64,000 nucleotides of DNA from Phoronis australis (lineage: Eukaryota; Animalia; Phoronida), in assembly GCA_002633005.1 (NCBI GenBank), contig NMRA01000144.1:546248-610247 (forward strand). The letters are read 5' to 3'. This document shows, in pieces, positions 12,901 through 24,425 of this stretch; position 1 is the stretch's first letter; each line of letters opens with the position of its first letter. A program made the translations under genes and the position numbers. The notes below the pieces were generated by a model, which made no database searches, was not told where the DNA came from, and worked only from the letters and a program-made list of their open reading frames with translations.

Positions 12901-14231
12901 CAACAACAATAGCAGAAATCTTCATGGTGCCCCTTAAAGATACTATTACCTTTACATTCACCAATTTAGAGCACAGGATAAGTATCGTCAGGCGAAATAG
13001 GTTATTAAAGTATAAATATTTAGAAACTTTCAGCCCTGTTTGTGTTTGCCTTATTTCACTAACAATTTTCATATTTTTAAGTTATCGTGGTTTCATCGGA
13101 AATTTTATTGCATATGGCGGCTGTTGAATGAGTACCCATAATGCACGAGTCAGCTGCCCCCCTCTACGGCGGCTATTTTAGGCGGTGGTGCACTACCAAA
13201 AAAATAAATTAAAACATTTGTATTAAATTCAGTTTAGTTTGAAAATATTTGGAGTTGTGTTGAATGAGCATTATTTGGGCTTAAGTTTCTAATGAACTCG
13301 AGTTTCTTTAACAGGACACTAAACTTGATATTTTGGTGATTTCGCCAAACATGTTCTGCTGGTAGTTCGCAGAAATTTTTCCTTCTTTCTTACGTGTACT
13401 ATCTTCCGTGAGAAGAAAATGCGTTGTACTAAAACATTTTATCGCAAGCTGTATTTTGTGGCGTAATCTGTACGGTCTTTTTCCATAGCCGCTCAAAGCG
13501 TTACTCAACTTATTAATTTTATAGACTGTCTAAGGAATGGCTCATACTTCTTCCAAACTTTGAAAGGGTTAACCAGGGTTAAAAGCATTGTTTGTACCAA
13601 CCATTTTCGCTATCTAAGCACTGACATTATTCCGCGGAATAATGTTTCGTAGCATATTACTTCATATATGAACTTATTTGCATCATCGCGGTAACACCTT
13701 GCTGTCGTGTGCTCCGGCTTGTTATGTATATGACGTCATATGTATGCCAAGCACGGTACCCAAGCCAGTTAAGCGACAAGATTATCTGTGAAAATGTTGA
13801 ATAACCAGTAAAGTTTTATTTCATTTTAAATTTTTAAAGAAATGTCAGGACGTAAAATATACAAGTTAAAGCACTGAACCATTCAATAATATCAAAAGTT
13901 TGTCGGAAACTTAGAAACAATCCATCCGGGAATATAAAAATTGAAACATTCCCTGAACAGTTGTGCAGCAGTGCGACGTTTTAGCTTCGATGGTCTATTT
14001 TCGTGTCTTAGCTCCTGGACTGTAAATAGTAATCGAAACATTTCCCCGTTTTGATCACAGCATTGGAAAATAACGGTGGAAACTGCTGATTTGCATAACC
14101 TGAGGTAAGGACTGTATCGCAAAAAGTAGATTTTACGCTACGGCCGCGGCAGCGACAGAGTTGAAGAACGCTACGAGCAGACGATTATCTCAATAAAAAA
14201 TACATACTCGATATTAGGTCGCAATATCCTG

Positions 14232-14460
14232 TTTTTTTTAACACTGAGAGCTAAGGTCTTAAAAGACCTTAGCTCTCAGTGTAGATATACTGTATGCATC
14301 CATAACGAAACGTTTTCGTTGGATTTGAATTAGATTTTTTGGTGATTTTGTTGGCCGAGTACGCTATTTAGCTTGACCTAAAGTATTTATGAGGATCCAG
14401 ATTGAAACTTCAGCGAGGCCCAAAAATAATCGCCTGAACTCCATGCGTCGGAATTTTCAT
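14232..14460 (+). mobile_element. Perfect 20-bp hairpin after a T-run; possible end of a Helentron-associated (DINE-1-like) element
   Basis: ACACTGAGAGCTAAGGTCTT-AA-AAGACCTTAGCTCTCAGTGT (14241-14282) is directly visible; the family call and right boundary are inference. Confidence 0.4.
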
Positions 14461-14690
14461 CGTTAAGTCTTTTTTGTTTTTAGAGAAGCAAAACTGTTCT
14501 TTCAGGAACGACGTCTTGGATTAATAATTTAGGTAACCAAAATGAACGAGCTTAATCAAATCACAGATTACAGGCAACATATTCGCAACTCCGACATTTT
14601 CTTGCGAAATATCCAAGAGAGGTGCCACCCTCTAAACATAGGAAAGTCAGCTTCCGGTTAGTGTATTGTGACGGTAAATTCTTGCATCTA

Positions 14691-16164
14691 CAGAACTCAT
14701 CCGGGTTACCGCCCATGCTCGGCATACAGCCCACCCTGAAATTTTTCATTTTTAAGCGCCCATGCTCGGCTTACCGCCCACCCCCATTTTTATGATCTAG
14801 ACCTCCTTAAAAGTGTGTGTGCTTTTGTGAACGTTCGTCTCGCAAAACTAAGCTTCCAAATGTGCGCAACTCGCTTGCCTTTCAATGACAATCAAACAGT
14901 TTTAGCGGAACCGGGAACTTGCCTTACTATGGCGGTAAAATAGCCGTATTCTCATGCTCTTAACTGGAGGCGACACAATTATTTCCTATGGCTCACGCGC
15001 GGAACTTGTGTCAGCATGTACTGATCACTGAGACAGCACTTGTCGAATGTATCTCATTGCCGTGAAAGAACCAACAAAGCGGTACTTGACAAGAATTTCA
15101 TGTCCGCAGCCTGCCTTTCTGGATTTCCCGTGACAGTACACGAAACATCACCATCCTGAGCAATGAAGTAAAAAAAAACACTACCACACTCGGCTGGTAC
15201 ATGACCAACGATTTTGGGAACTCCACCGACATTATTTTGGAGGCATTGTTTTGAATACAAGCAGATACGGGCCATTGTTCCATGTCTTCGTTAAACGCAT
15301 GTTTTCAATGACTCACTCCTGACACCGAAATGGAAGCGCCCAACCAAAAGCAACAGCGCAAGAAATCAACTTGTAATTAAGCGCAAGTCGAACATTCTAT
15401 CCACATCTACGTGGTCAAAAACTTTTTTTTTGAACTCTTGATTTTCCTGTTGATTTTTTACATGATGTGTTTTTGCTTTTTTACGATGTTTTGCTTCATT
15501 ATTTTCGCAGCCGACGGACCACACCTATTGGCTAATAGTAGTGTCATCCGATTGTTGAGCACGTGCTTTGAACAAATTCGGAGAGATCGGTGTTGACTGT
15601 TCAACAAGAAATATATAATTTATATGAAATGTTACATTTTTCAAACTAGGTTCAAAGTGTTTAGAAGAAAGACCGGCTGTCAATCATTAGCATGTGTTTG
15701 GTTGCCAAAGTAACTAGAGGCAGCATATCTGTACAAAATCACCTGCTTCCCATAGCAACACATGACAATCTAGCGTAGTCTTGCGTGATCTTACTTTTCT
15801 CTCAAGAAACTTGCCTACTGAAGGCACGTCTATCTGTAAGAATACCTCAGTTCCAAAACGTGACGAGCAGCGACCGAGGTAAGTAAAAACCCAATCACGC
15901 TCGGGATCACGGCGCCACTGGCGTGTGCGCTATTCGACTTCAGGCCATCGAAGTCCGTTCCTTCAATCTGCCTACGTATATTTTAACTGGCATGCTTGAA
16001 GTCCGACGTCAGTGTAGCTCCGTAAGGGTAAAATCGGTCCTTTGTGCAGCAAGCACCCACTCCCGACAAAAATTTCGATTTTAACCGCCCATGCTTGGCT
16101 TACCGCCCACCCCGTTTTTTAGATTCCCCTTAAGCGCCCTGGGCGGTAACCCGGACGAGTACGG
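14691..16164. mobile_element. Non-autonomous Tc2/pogo-like element carrying a HIRAN relic
   Basis: TA|CAGAACTCATCCGGGTTACCGCCC ... GGGCGGTAACCCGGACGAGTACGG|TA; three subterminal direct repeats of the type GCCCATGCTYGGCTTACCGCCCACCC. Confidence 0.85.
15025..15240 (-). pseudogene. HIRAN-like domain, C-terminal half
   Basis: IVGHVPAECGSVFFYFIAQDGDVSCTVTG [frameshift] RKAGCGHEILVKYRFVG...RYIRQVL*; matches the IVGHVP-x-E...F...G...C-x-VTG...G-x-EIP-x-x-Y-x-F-x-G signature. Confidence 0.75.
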
Positions 16165-16586
16165 TACTTTACTGTCAAGTATAGCGGACGACGTACTTGT
16201 CGGAATAAAAGCGTGCTATGTCTGTCTGCCAAGTGTCGCTAGTGAATAGCGACGTCACGGCTTATGCGTAAGACTCACAGATTTCGTCCATTGAAAAATG
16301 TACAGAGTTGACGGTCCATTTACTAATAGTCTATGATCAAATTTGGCGTTGTGCCCGCGAATTTACTTCACCAGGAGACTGCTCACCAACCGTGAAATAC
16401 GGCTTCTACCGTTGTATACGCCCTCTACCGATGTATACGTTTTGGCTCTACTTTCCGTATTTCATAGTTTTAATCAATGAGATAAATAGCTGCTATTTAT
16501 CTCATTGGTTATAATAACTTGACGCCACACCCCCCGTATTTTCACACATATGGGGTAAATCCTACATACATAGGAATACTTACCCG

Positions 16587-16677
16587 ATATCCTATCTCGA
16601 ATTCATTTCATCTGGTCTTGTTGGGACATTCCCAGATGAAGTGAACTCACTGATGAAATGAATTCTCGATAGGATAT
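16587..16677. repeat. Short fold-back hairpin / mini-MITE
   Basis: ATATCCTATCTCGAATTCATTTCATC pairs with GATGAAATGAATTCTCGATAGGATAT (about 26-bp imperfect stem). Confidence 0.75.
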
Positions 16678-16926
16678 GGCACTGTAGTATAACCTAAATA
16701 TCTACGCCAATCGAGGTACGTTTTGTGTGTACATCAATCGCACTGTGCTGGTAAACATGAGTTTGCCTGTTTGGAAAGCATTGTCTTGAAAAAGTCGTCA
16801 GTGCCACTCGACATACTGTGACTCGCCTCACAGTTATGCCTATAACAAATCCATTCGATAACTATAAAGAATAAAAACAACAACGGAATGTGCGGTAGGC
16901 CATGAAGTCTTTTACACAAGGGCCTT

Positions 16927-17150
16927 CAGAGGCGGATCTACAGGGGGGGTTCAGGGGGTTTAAACCCCCCCCCTTGGGACAGGATCAAAAATAAAAACTG
17001 GAAAAATCGCCAGAAAAACGAAATTAGCTACTAAAAATCCCAAAAAATCTTACACGGGAGGAGGGAAACCCTCTCGCGACCTTCCTTCCCCTCGGCGCTA
17101 CGCGCCTCGGATTCTCTCGAATCCTAACCCCCCCCCCCCTTACTGAAATC
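16927..17150. mobile_element. Truncated hAT-like MITE
   Basis: Begins CAGAGGCGGATCTACAGGGGGGG with G/C runs like the other copies; the right terminus is missing. Confidence 0.6.
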
Positions 17151-17379
17151 GTAAGTTATTCGTACAGAAAAACAACAGTACCAAACTAAATGTCACTATC
17201 ATCACATACCTAACGTAAAATCAATTGGTCAAAATTAGACCATGAAGGAACAAGGCCGGTAGTCGCTATCTGGCGGAATGACTCTGGGCCCATGGAGTTC
17301 ACGATTTGCGGGAATTTACGGTTGTAGTACCCGGCCGTCTTAACGCTCGTGTGCACGTGCTGAGCAATACGCAGACAAC

Positions 17380-17538
17380 ATGGTCGAAAGTAAAGATGCT
17401 GGCGGTAGTTCGTTCCAGAGCGTTGCACCAATAGATACAGGAAGAGAACATAAAAAGAACATCTCAAAAGAGGCTATTGGATGTCACGATGGTCTGACTC
17501 TGAAATGGTTTTCCATTGGAGATTTTGTGAGATGTCAG
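17380..17538 (+). CDS. Rolling stone-like membrane protein, coding exon 1
   Basis: ATG...GDFVRCQ|GTAAAT, phase 0; joins W of the next exon to give the F-x-x-x-Q|W motif typical of rolling stone N-termini. Confidence 0.75.
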
Positions 17539-18071
17539 GTAAATGGTGACTCATTTTGTAGCACAAATGGGTGTCAAACGTCAACCATACAGGTCCCAGA
17601 CGGATAGTTCTAAAACCCCTTCGGCCCCCTCGACACCCACATCCCACAACCCCGTTGACCCACGACCTGTAGCAATAGAGGTGTTTTTGAGGTTTTTACA
17701 TATTGCATAATCTTATTACGTCGTTTAGTGACTATCCCATAAGACATAGGCCTACCTACACACTGGCTCAAGTCTGGTGATTAAAAACAGAAAGTGGGTG
17801 AGAAAGTGATCTGAAACAGCGCATTGTGAGCGCGCTATCGTTGTTACGGAAATCGTTCCACGAGTGAGTACCAATGGCCCAGTTCTAATAAACGTAGGGA
17901 GAGAGTACGTTAACGTGAATGTACATAATTTCACATTTTTTTATTATTTGCTTTCTGTTGTATACTCGTTTACAATATACTCCGTATAACGTTGAAGTAC
18001 TTTTTAGTAAACAGTTTGTTTTTTCAAACTGCATTGACTAATGGAATCACAATTTTGTCGGTTCCTCGCAC

Positions 18072-20742
18072 CAAGGAGTGTACTGGTACAGGAGAGTTCA
18101 CTCCGCCATTTTACATTTCGCCCGGCCGCAATGGTTACCGGTCGAAACACTAGCGCCCCAAGCGGTGAATAATCAACACTTAATTAGGAGCACAGTCCGA
18201 ACAATGTAAACACTGATAAATTCATACTTTAATGACATTCAACGTGCAATAAAATTACTGTGTGCTTGAAAATGGTTAGAATACATAAACTAACATCCAC
18301 TTACAATAGAATGAGAAAGAAAATGTGTATTTTAATCAATAATAAAGTGTATTTGTTTTTATTCTCTTGAAGCTCCCTTCAAAATCCATCATGGTTTTGT
18401 TTCATGTTTGAGTTCTTAACACGGCAGTTATCGTTCCTTATAACAGTTCATACCTCCATGGACTACATAATTTGAATGATTGCTCCTGGGGGTTCAGAGG
18501 GTATTTCCACCCAAACGCCAGCTAAGGGGGTACCAGGAAAAACCAGGTGGGCGCCAAATGGGTGTTGACCCCCTCCCAGGGGGGTTACATGGGAGGATTG
18601 CTAAACAGGTAAAAACCAATGGGTATGTATGCTACATGGGTGTTGAGCCCCTCTGATCGTCATACATTTTGGTTGCTCCCCTGACCATTGACAAACATGT
18701 TGCTCCCAGCTCACTGCTGGTTTCATCTCCACCCATGTTCCCTATTCAATGTACCAGGCTACTAGCAATGCAGACAATTGTTTTGTGCAGTGGGTGTAAC
18801 ACAAGTGAGAAGAAGAATGCAAGGCAATTCATCATTACCACAAAATCGTAATACAATTTTAGAACATTCCATTATTTCTTAGACATGCCAGTATAGGGCT
18901 CAATCCCACTCTCCCACTCACCAACACTTAAAAGTCAGTTGCTAATCTGTAGAATAGCTCACAACTTACAAAATGAAGTAACATTGAGTATATCATCACT
19001 CATAACTAGTCAAAGTTCAAAATGTCATGACAAAAATTTAAGAGGTACTGAACAGCAATCAAAATATTTAATTCACTACCCACATAGCTTCATACAAAAC
19101 TGAATTAAAAAGACTTGGATGATAAAACCAAAATTTTATTTTATATACCTACTGTTCGTATTATCAATAACAGTAAATATTTCAGATAAGATAAAGCCAG
19201 ACCACAAGATCATATCTGATACCTTAAGCCACAACTGGGGCTTAAATTAATCACAATCTCCAAAAACGTACAAAATAGGCAAACACATAAACCAACCAAT
19301 ACAACAAGAAAATCTGACCAACCTTGTCACCCTCTATTAATTCACTAGTAAATAACAGCACTTTTCGCCAAATAAATGTGTTATAAATAAAGCTGAAAAC
19401 TAATTTACTCACAGAGGTGTTTGTCAACGAGAAGCAAAATGATACCGATAGCTTGGGTTTAACAAAATTTCAGCCCACAATTCAGACTCTGAATGATCCA
19501 TCAGTTTCACTTTGGCTCTCTCCAAATCACAGGCTAACCATTCATAAAATGTTTCAATCTGATCAACCTTAGTAAAATAGGAAAACCAAATTTTGACTAA
19601 TTGTCCTTTCTACACGTGATGTTGCTTTGTGAGACGATAATCAAATGCAAAAAAGCCTATTCCAGAGCTGTAATATAATTTCCCGAGAACTTTTTGACCC
19701 TGACATCTTCATTTTTGGTGGATCTGGGACATCAAATATTGTTTGGGCACTGCAATCAATACCAGCTTGTTCTTCATTCATGAACATGGACTCCTCGAAG
19801 CAATGAGAGCATAACATGCAGTTCTTGGACAAATAGGCTGCATCTCTATTCAGAAGGTCAGCTCCCAGCGCTTGCACCTGAACAGAAATCAATGACTGAG
19901 AGACTCAGGAACAAACCTCATACTCACTAGGTTCACAGAAGACTGGTAGCCTACACTAAAGTACACTACACTACAGAATTCCTGTCGTACTGTGATTGTG
20001 ATAGAGACAAAAGCGTTTTGGTGTCAACTCAAAAAAAAACTTGGACTCAAATGTCGATCCACGGATATTTTAACAGCAGGGCCGCGCCCCCGCATCATTG
20101 ACACATAGAATTAAGTTTTCAATGACGCACTGCTTAACTTAATTGGTCCAACTGGCACATTAAAATTATGTTGATTTTTTTCACCTTTTCACCAAGACCC
20201 ACAGATTCTCTAACTTGACTCATGACAGACTTGTGGCCCTGTGGCTGTGATTGTGCCATGGCCGTGTCACCAAACATATTACCCATGGCCATGTTTTCAA
20301 TTATCCCTGCGATCGTACGGGTGACATTTTGATTTGGAATTCATGGACTGCAAATATCCAAAAAGCTGACGATCACATCGTAGGTTCGTCATAGTCTTTC
20401 CGCCGGCAGCCCGGTTGTGCAGTAGGCCTAGCCTACACCGGCTGCAGACAACAGTGGCAACGGGACTGCGATCGACTTGTCTAACAACCGTGAACAGAAC
20501 ACACAAAATGAAAGCCAGTAACAGATAATCCTTACCTTTCTGGATCCTTAGGAAACCTAAAAAAATGACACGTCTGGGGTTTTCGTGGATGAATTCATAC
20601 ATTTATCGCACTGCAAAATGCGTCCCTCCCCATTGTTTTAGCGCTTCCTGGTTGACATTTGCTTAGTCACCACTTGGCGGCGCTAGTAGTAGCGGTAACA
20701 GCGAACTCACAAGTGAACTCTCCTATACTACTACACTCCTTG
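18072..20742 (-). mobile_element. Non-autonomous P-superfamily DNA transposon
   Basis: About 32-bp TIRs CAAGGAGTGTACTGGTACAGGAGAGTTCACT / AGTGAACTCTCCTATACTACTACACTCCTTG, perfect 7-bp TSD CTCGCAC, internal THAP relic. Confidence 0.85.
19700..20633 (-). pseudogene. Two-exon THAP domain relic (exons about 20633-20536 and 19877-19700)
   Basis: CSAIN..NSSTKTPDVSFFRFPKDPER|gtaagg ... ttcag|CKRW..ADLLNRDAAYLSKNCMLCSHCFEESMFMN...QTIFDVPDPP; THAP C, FP, W, LC-x-x-x-F and PTIF-like positions recognisable (the C2CH His is not at its usual position), with frameshifts. Confidence 0.85.
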
Positions 20743-20929
20743 CTCGCACTCTCCACAAAAATGTTGAATCTGCTATTCATTGAAGAGCAGACGAGATGAT
20801 TACGCTCTGCCCGGAACGACATTTGTAACGTTGGTAGGTCGATCTTTGATTTTATTTGGTCTTGCCGAATAGACTCTCTTAATTGCAAAAACAGGGAAAT
20901 GCCAGCTGAGCTTACAGTCCAACTCATTG

Positions 20930-21069
20930 GTCATTGTATCTTATTTAATCTGTTTAATCTAACTTAATTTAATTAATTTAATTTCTTGCTGCAGAGGACC
21001 ATGCTGGATATTAGCCTTTGGCCAAAGCATGTTTTACATTTATTGTATTTTTATCCTCTTTAAATAAAG

Positions 21070-21113
<44 letters not shown>
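20930..21113 (+). mobile_element. 3' tail of an L2/CR1-type LINE or derived SINE ending in (TAT)n
   Basis: GAGGACCATGCT...AGCATG...TATCCTCTTTAAATAAAGTT stem-loop followed by about 14 TAT units. Confidence 0.65.
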
Positions 21114-21114
<1 letters not shown>

Positions 21115-21317
21115 GTTCTATGTTCAGATCGAGTCGAGCTTGTGTAGACTGGGTCGAGGGGGTTTTGGGTGGGGTTGTGTGTCGATGGGTGTGGGGGTCG
21201 AAGGGGTTTTATAGCTATCCCTCCCAGACTACAGTCATGCCTCACGGACTGCATTTTCCCGGCAATGACAAAATGTGTAAAAGTCTATTAGATTCGGCAT
21301 TTCAGGCTGACGCATAC

Positions 21318-23677
21318 ACGGGCAAATCACAATCAAGGTCCATATTCGGCCACTTTTGGTGAAAAATGAAGGTTGTCATATAACTGTAAAAGCTGGGTTA
21401 TTTTTAAGTACCATCATTCCAGGTTTGTAATCTAATATATTTTTGCACAAGAATCACGGAATAAAATTTTATGGCCTAATGCATCACAGTTGTACAAAAG
21501 GGTACATACACTACAACTTGTTGTCACAGCCAACTTCTACATGCAAAAATTCATAAGGTAGCTGTTAATTTAACAAGTTCTTGATCAAATTAAAGAAGTA
21601 TCGCTTACTAAAGTAAGAAAAGTTATTATCTGCTGATCAAGTTGTTCTAGATGATGATACATTGCATATCTTAACACAGTATAATGAGAACTTCCTCTCT
21701 TGCAATAGGATTCTTACAAAAAGAAAATGACAAGTAACTACTTTTTTCAAAAACTTTATTGCTGCTATTTTTCTAGTTTTCAATACATTCACCAGTTGGT
21801 TAAAATAGTTAAAGCAATGCTAGGCCAAGTGTTCCACTTGTAAACAGTAAAAATGGTACTGTTTGGGGGGTAGTACACTACGTAGTCAATCAACTTCAAA
21901 TCTTTGACTAAGTTACAAATGTATGGGATGGTCTCGAAGTTTTGTGCTGCTGGAGTCTACTTGTTGGTTTATTGCAAGTTGTCTTGAGAGATAGAGAACC
22001 TGCCTCTGCAACATCAGTTGTCACATGACCTGTCTTCTAGGATGTCTAGTACTAGCCAAGTCCTGTGTGGCATTTTATTACCCCAAAATTTGATAATGTC
22101 CATTGTTTTTTTTGTCAGACTGGATTCATTTTGGAAATATCAATATTGTTCATGAGAACAGCAGTATGTAAACATATTTGTGGGCAATACTTTATAGCAC
22201 AGAGGTTGAAGGTACGTGCACTTCACAGGGGTACGTACAGTACATTTCAATGATTTGTCAGGTTTATAAAAAATACTTAGAATTAGTTCATTTACCAAAT
22301 CTGTTCAAAGAGAATACATAAAAAGTGCAGCATACATGTGCATATCTGTCTGTAATTCTTTGAAAACAGGCACATGTTAAAATATAGGGGTACGTACACT
22401 ACACAAATGCTAATATTTCACTCAAAACAATTGTATTTGTAATTAACACCCTTTTAACCTAACATTTTTAATGGAGGAAACCGTCTGTGACAAATGTTGC
22501 TTACTTACTGTGCAATATTTTTGTTTTGTGGTATTTGTTCACATCGGGGTAGGTACACTACACAGGGGTAGTACACTACATTTCAATGGCATGTCTGGTT
22601 TGTAACTAAATACTAAGAATCTACTGAGAGTTAGTTGATTTACTAAATCAATTCAAAGAGAAAAAATAAAAAGCACAGCATTCATGTGCATATCTGCCGT
22701 TCTTTGAAAATAGGCACAAATTCAAATATAGGGGCACGCACACTACGCAGATGCTAATATTTCACTTAAAACAAATGTGATTGTAATAAACACCCTTTTA
22801 ACCTAACATTTTTGAGGAAGGAAACTGTCTACGACCAGTGTTGCTCACTTACCAAGTGATATTTTAATTTCATGGCATTTGTAAACATGGGGGTACGTAC
22901 ACTACAAGGGAGGTACGTACACTACATCACTGTTACTGCATCCCATGGTAACATAATGTTGTATGGCCATTTATTTTTCTTTGATGGTAATAAGCACCAT
23001 GTTGTTATCTAAAAGGCAATAATTTCATTTGCAATGACCATTTGTGTTACTTAATTCCACATGGGGGTACGTACACTACATTTTGTTAGCCTTTTTGGCC
23101 CATTTTCAACATAGCAGAACCCAGTCAATGTCCAAACTTTTGGTTTATTTAGATGTTGAATAATTTGCTGTGTTGCCTAGGCTAACATATTCTGCAGTTC
23201 TTTTTATGACAGAGTTTGAACTTTAGTTTTTAACCTTCTTTACAGTAGGTGAGGGTTAGAAACACAGAATTTACAAATGTCGTAACGAGTGCCTGTTTTA
23301 TGATGAACCCTACCATTTTTCAATGATTAAGCACAACTTCATCTAAGTGATTCTGAAAGTGACTCAAGTTATTCCCAGTCATATCCACGCAATTTCTTAC
23401 TTGATAAAATAAATTTCTTTTCAACTGTTGACAATTGAAAATAATAATTTTTGAAATGGCCACTGGTAACGCTTAAAATGAATGAAATTCATAGACAAAA
23501 ACATGCATAAATTTCTCAAACATTGTCCGAGTTTGATGATTCTTTTTTTAATTTGCACAACTAAATAACTCTTTGCATATGAGATTCAGTTGGCATATTT
23601 GGTAAATGTCCAAAAAAATATTTTAGACCGTAACACAGTCAACTCTCGAATATGGACCTTGATTGTGATTTAGCCGT
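21318..23677. mobile_element. Non-coding TIR element with internal 340-bp tandem duplication
   Basis: TIRs AAATCACAATCAAGGTCCATATTCG / CGAATATGGACCTTGATTGTGATTT; duplicated units about 22224-22560 and 22561-22905; TSD not resolved. Confidence 0.8.
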
Positions 23678-23909
23678 TAGGATGTTTCCAGTTGGGCGTT
23701 TTTTCATTGTTGGTAGAAGCACTCTCACAGGAGGTGAGGGTGCGATATGTTCAGAATATGGGACAATAGACTATGTCTGTATATGGTGGGACACGGCTGG
23801 TGGGTGAGGTTTGTGGTGTATATCGAATGGAAACTGCTTGACTCTGAATTAGTGGTGATCATGCTGAGTGGGGAGACTGGGTGTTGGTGACGTTGAAGTG
23901 AATGCGAGC

Positions 23910-24425
23910 TCAGATTGTGTTTGGCGACCTGGGAAAAATTCCAAGACTGCAAGTCGCCAGTGCAAGTATCAAAGTCAGACAATAATTTCCTTTAAACTCG
24001 TTCCAAAGCTCGTGTTGACTTCCAACTAGAATTTAAAATTACTAACAGTTTCCTAGATTTATTACCTTTGATTCACAATTGTTCTTTTGATTTCGTGAAA
24101 TCACGCATTTGGCACCAGGCTTATATTACAACACTCAGGATGTAAACAGACAGAAGTCGGAATTGTCCGGTAAAAATCGGACAAATGAAGATCGGCGACA
24201 TTCGCGCCACCAGTCCAGCCTGCACTTAGGAATTTACGGGGAAAATCGGAGGAGTAGGTGGCGCTACGGCTGTTCGAACTTTTTATTGTCGACGAACTTT
24301 TATATGCCGGATAGGAGTACAGGAAACCTCAGAATTGATTTGGACGTCTGAAATTTTCAGTTTTGACGTCCTCAGATTTCGTTTGGCGACTTGGGATTTT
24401 TGCCAGGTCGCCAAATACGACTTGA
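23910..24425. mobile_element. MITE with TTTGGCGACCTGG TIRs (superfamily uncertain)
   Basis: TCAGATTGTGTTTGGCGACCTGGGAAAAATTCCAAG vs CTTGGGATTTTTGCCAGGTCGCCAAATACGACTTGA; second copy at 5655-5987. Confidence 0.8.

Larger units (their letters stand above)
17590..21231. mobile_element. TIR element (possibly Academ-like) in intron 1, host to the P-like element and a LINE tail
   Basis: GGATAGTTCTAAAACCCCTTCGGCCCCC (about 17602) is inverted at GGGGGTCGAAGGGGTTTTATAGCTATCC (about 21193). The right end reads CCCAGACTA; the outermost left bases are degraded. Confidence 0.65.

Noticed and set aside
21018-21362. Poly-Tyr / poly-Ile ORFs
   Set aside because: Artefacts of the (TAT)n LINE tail.
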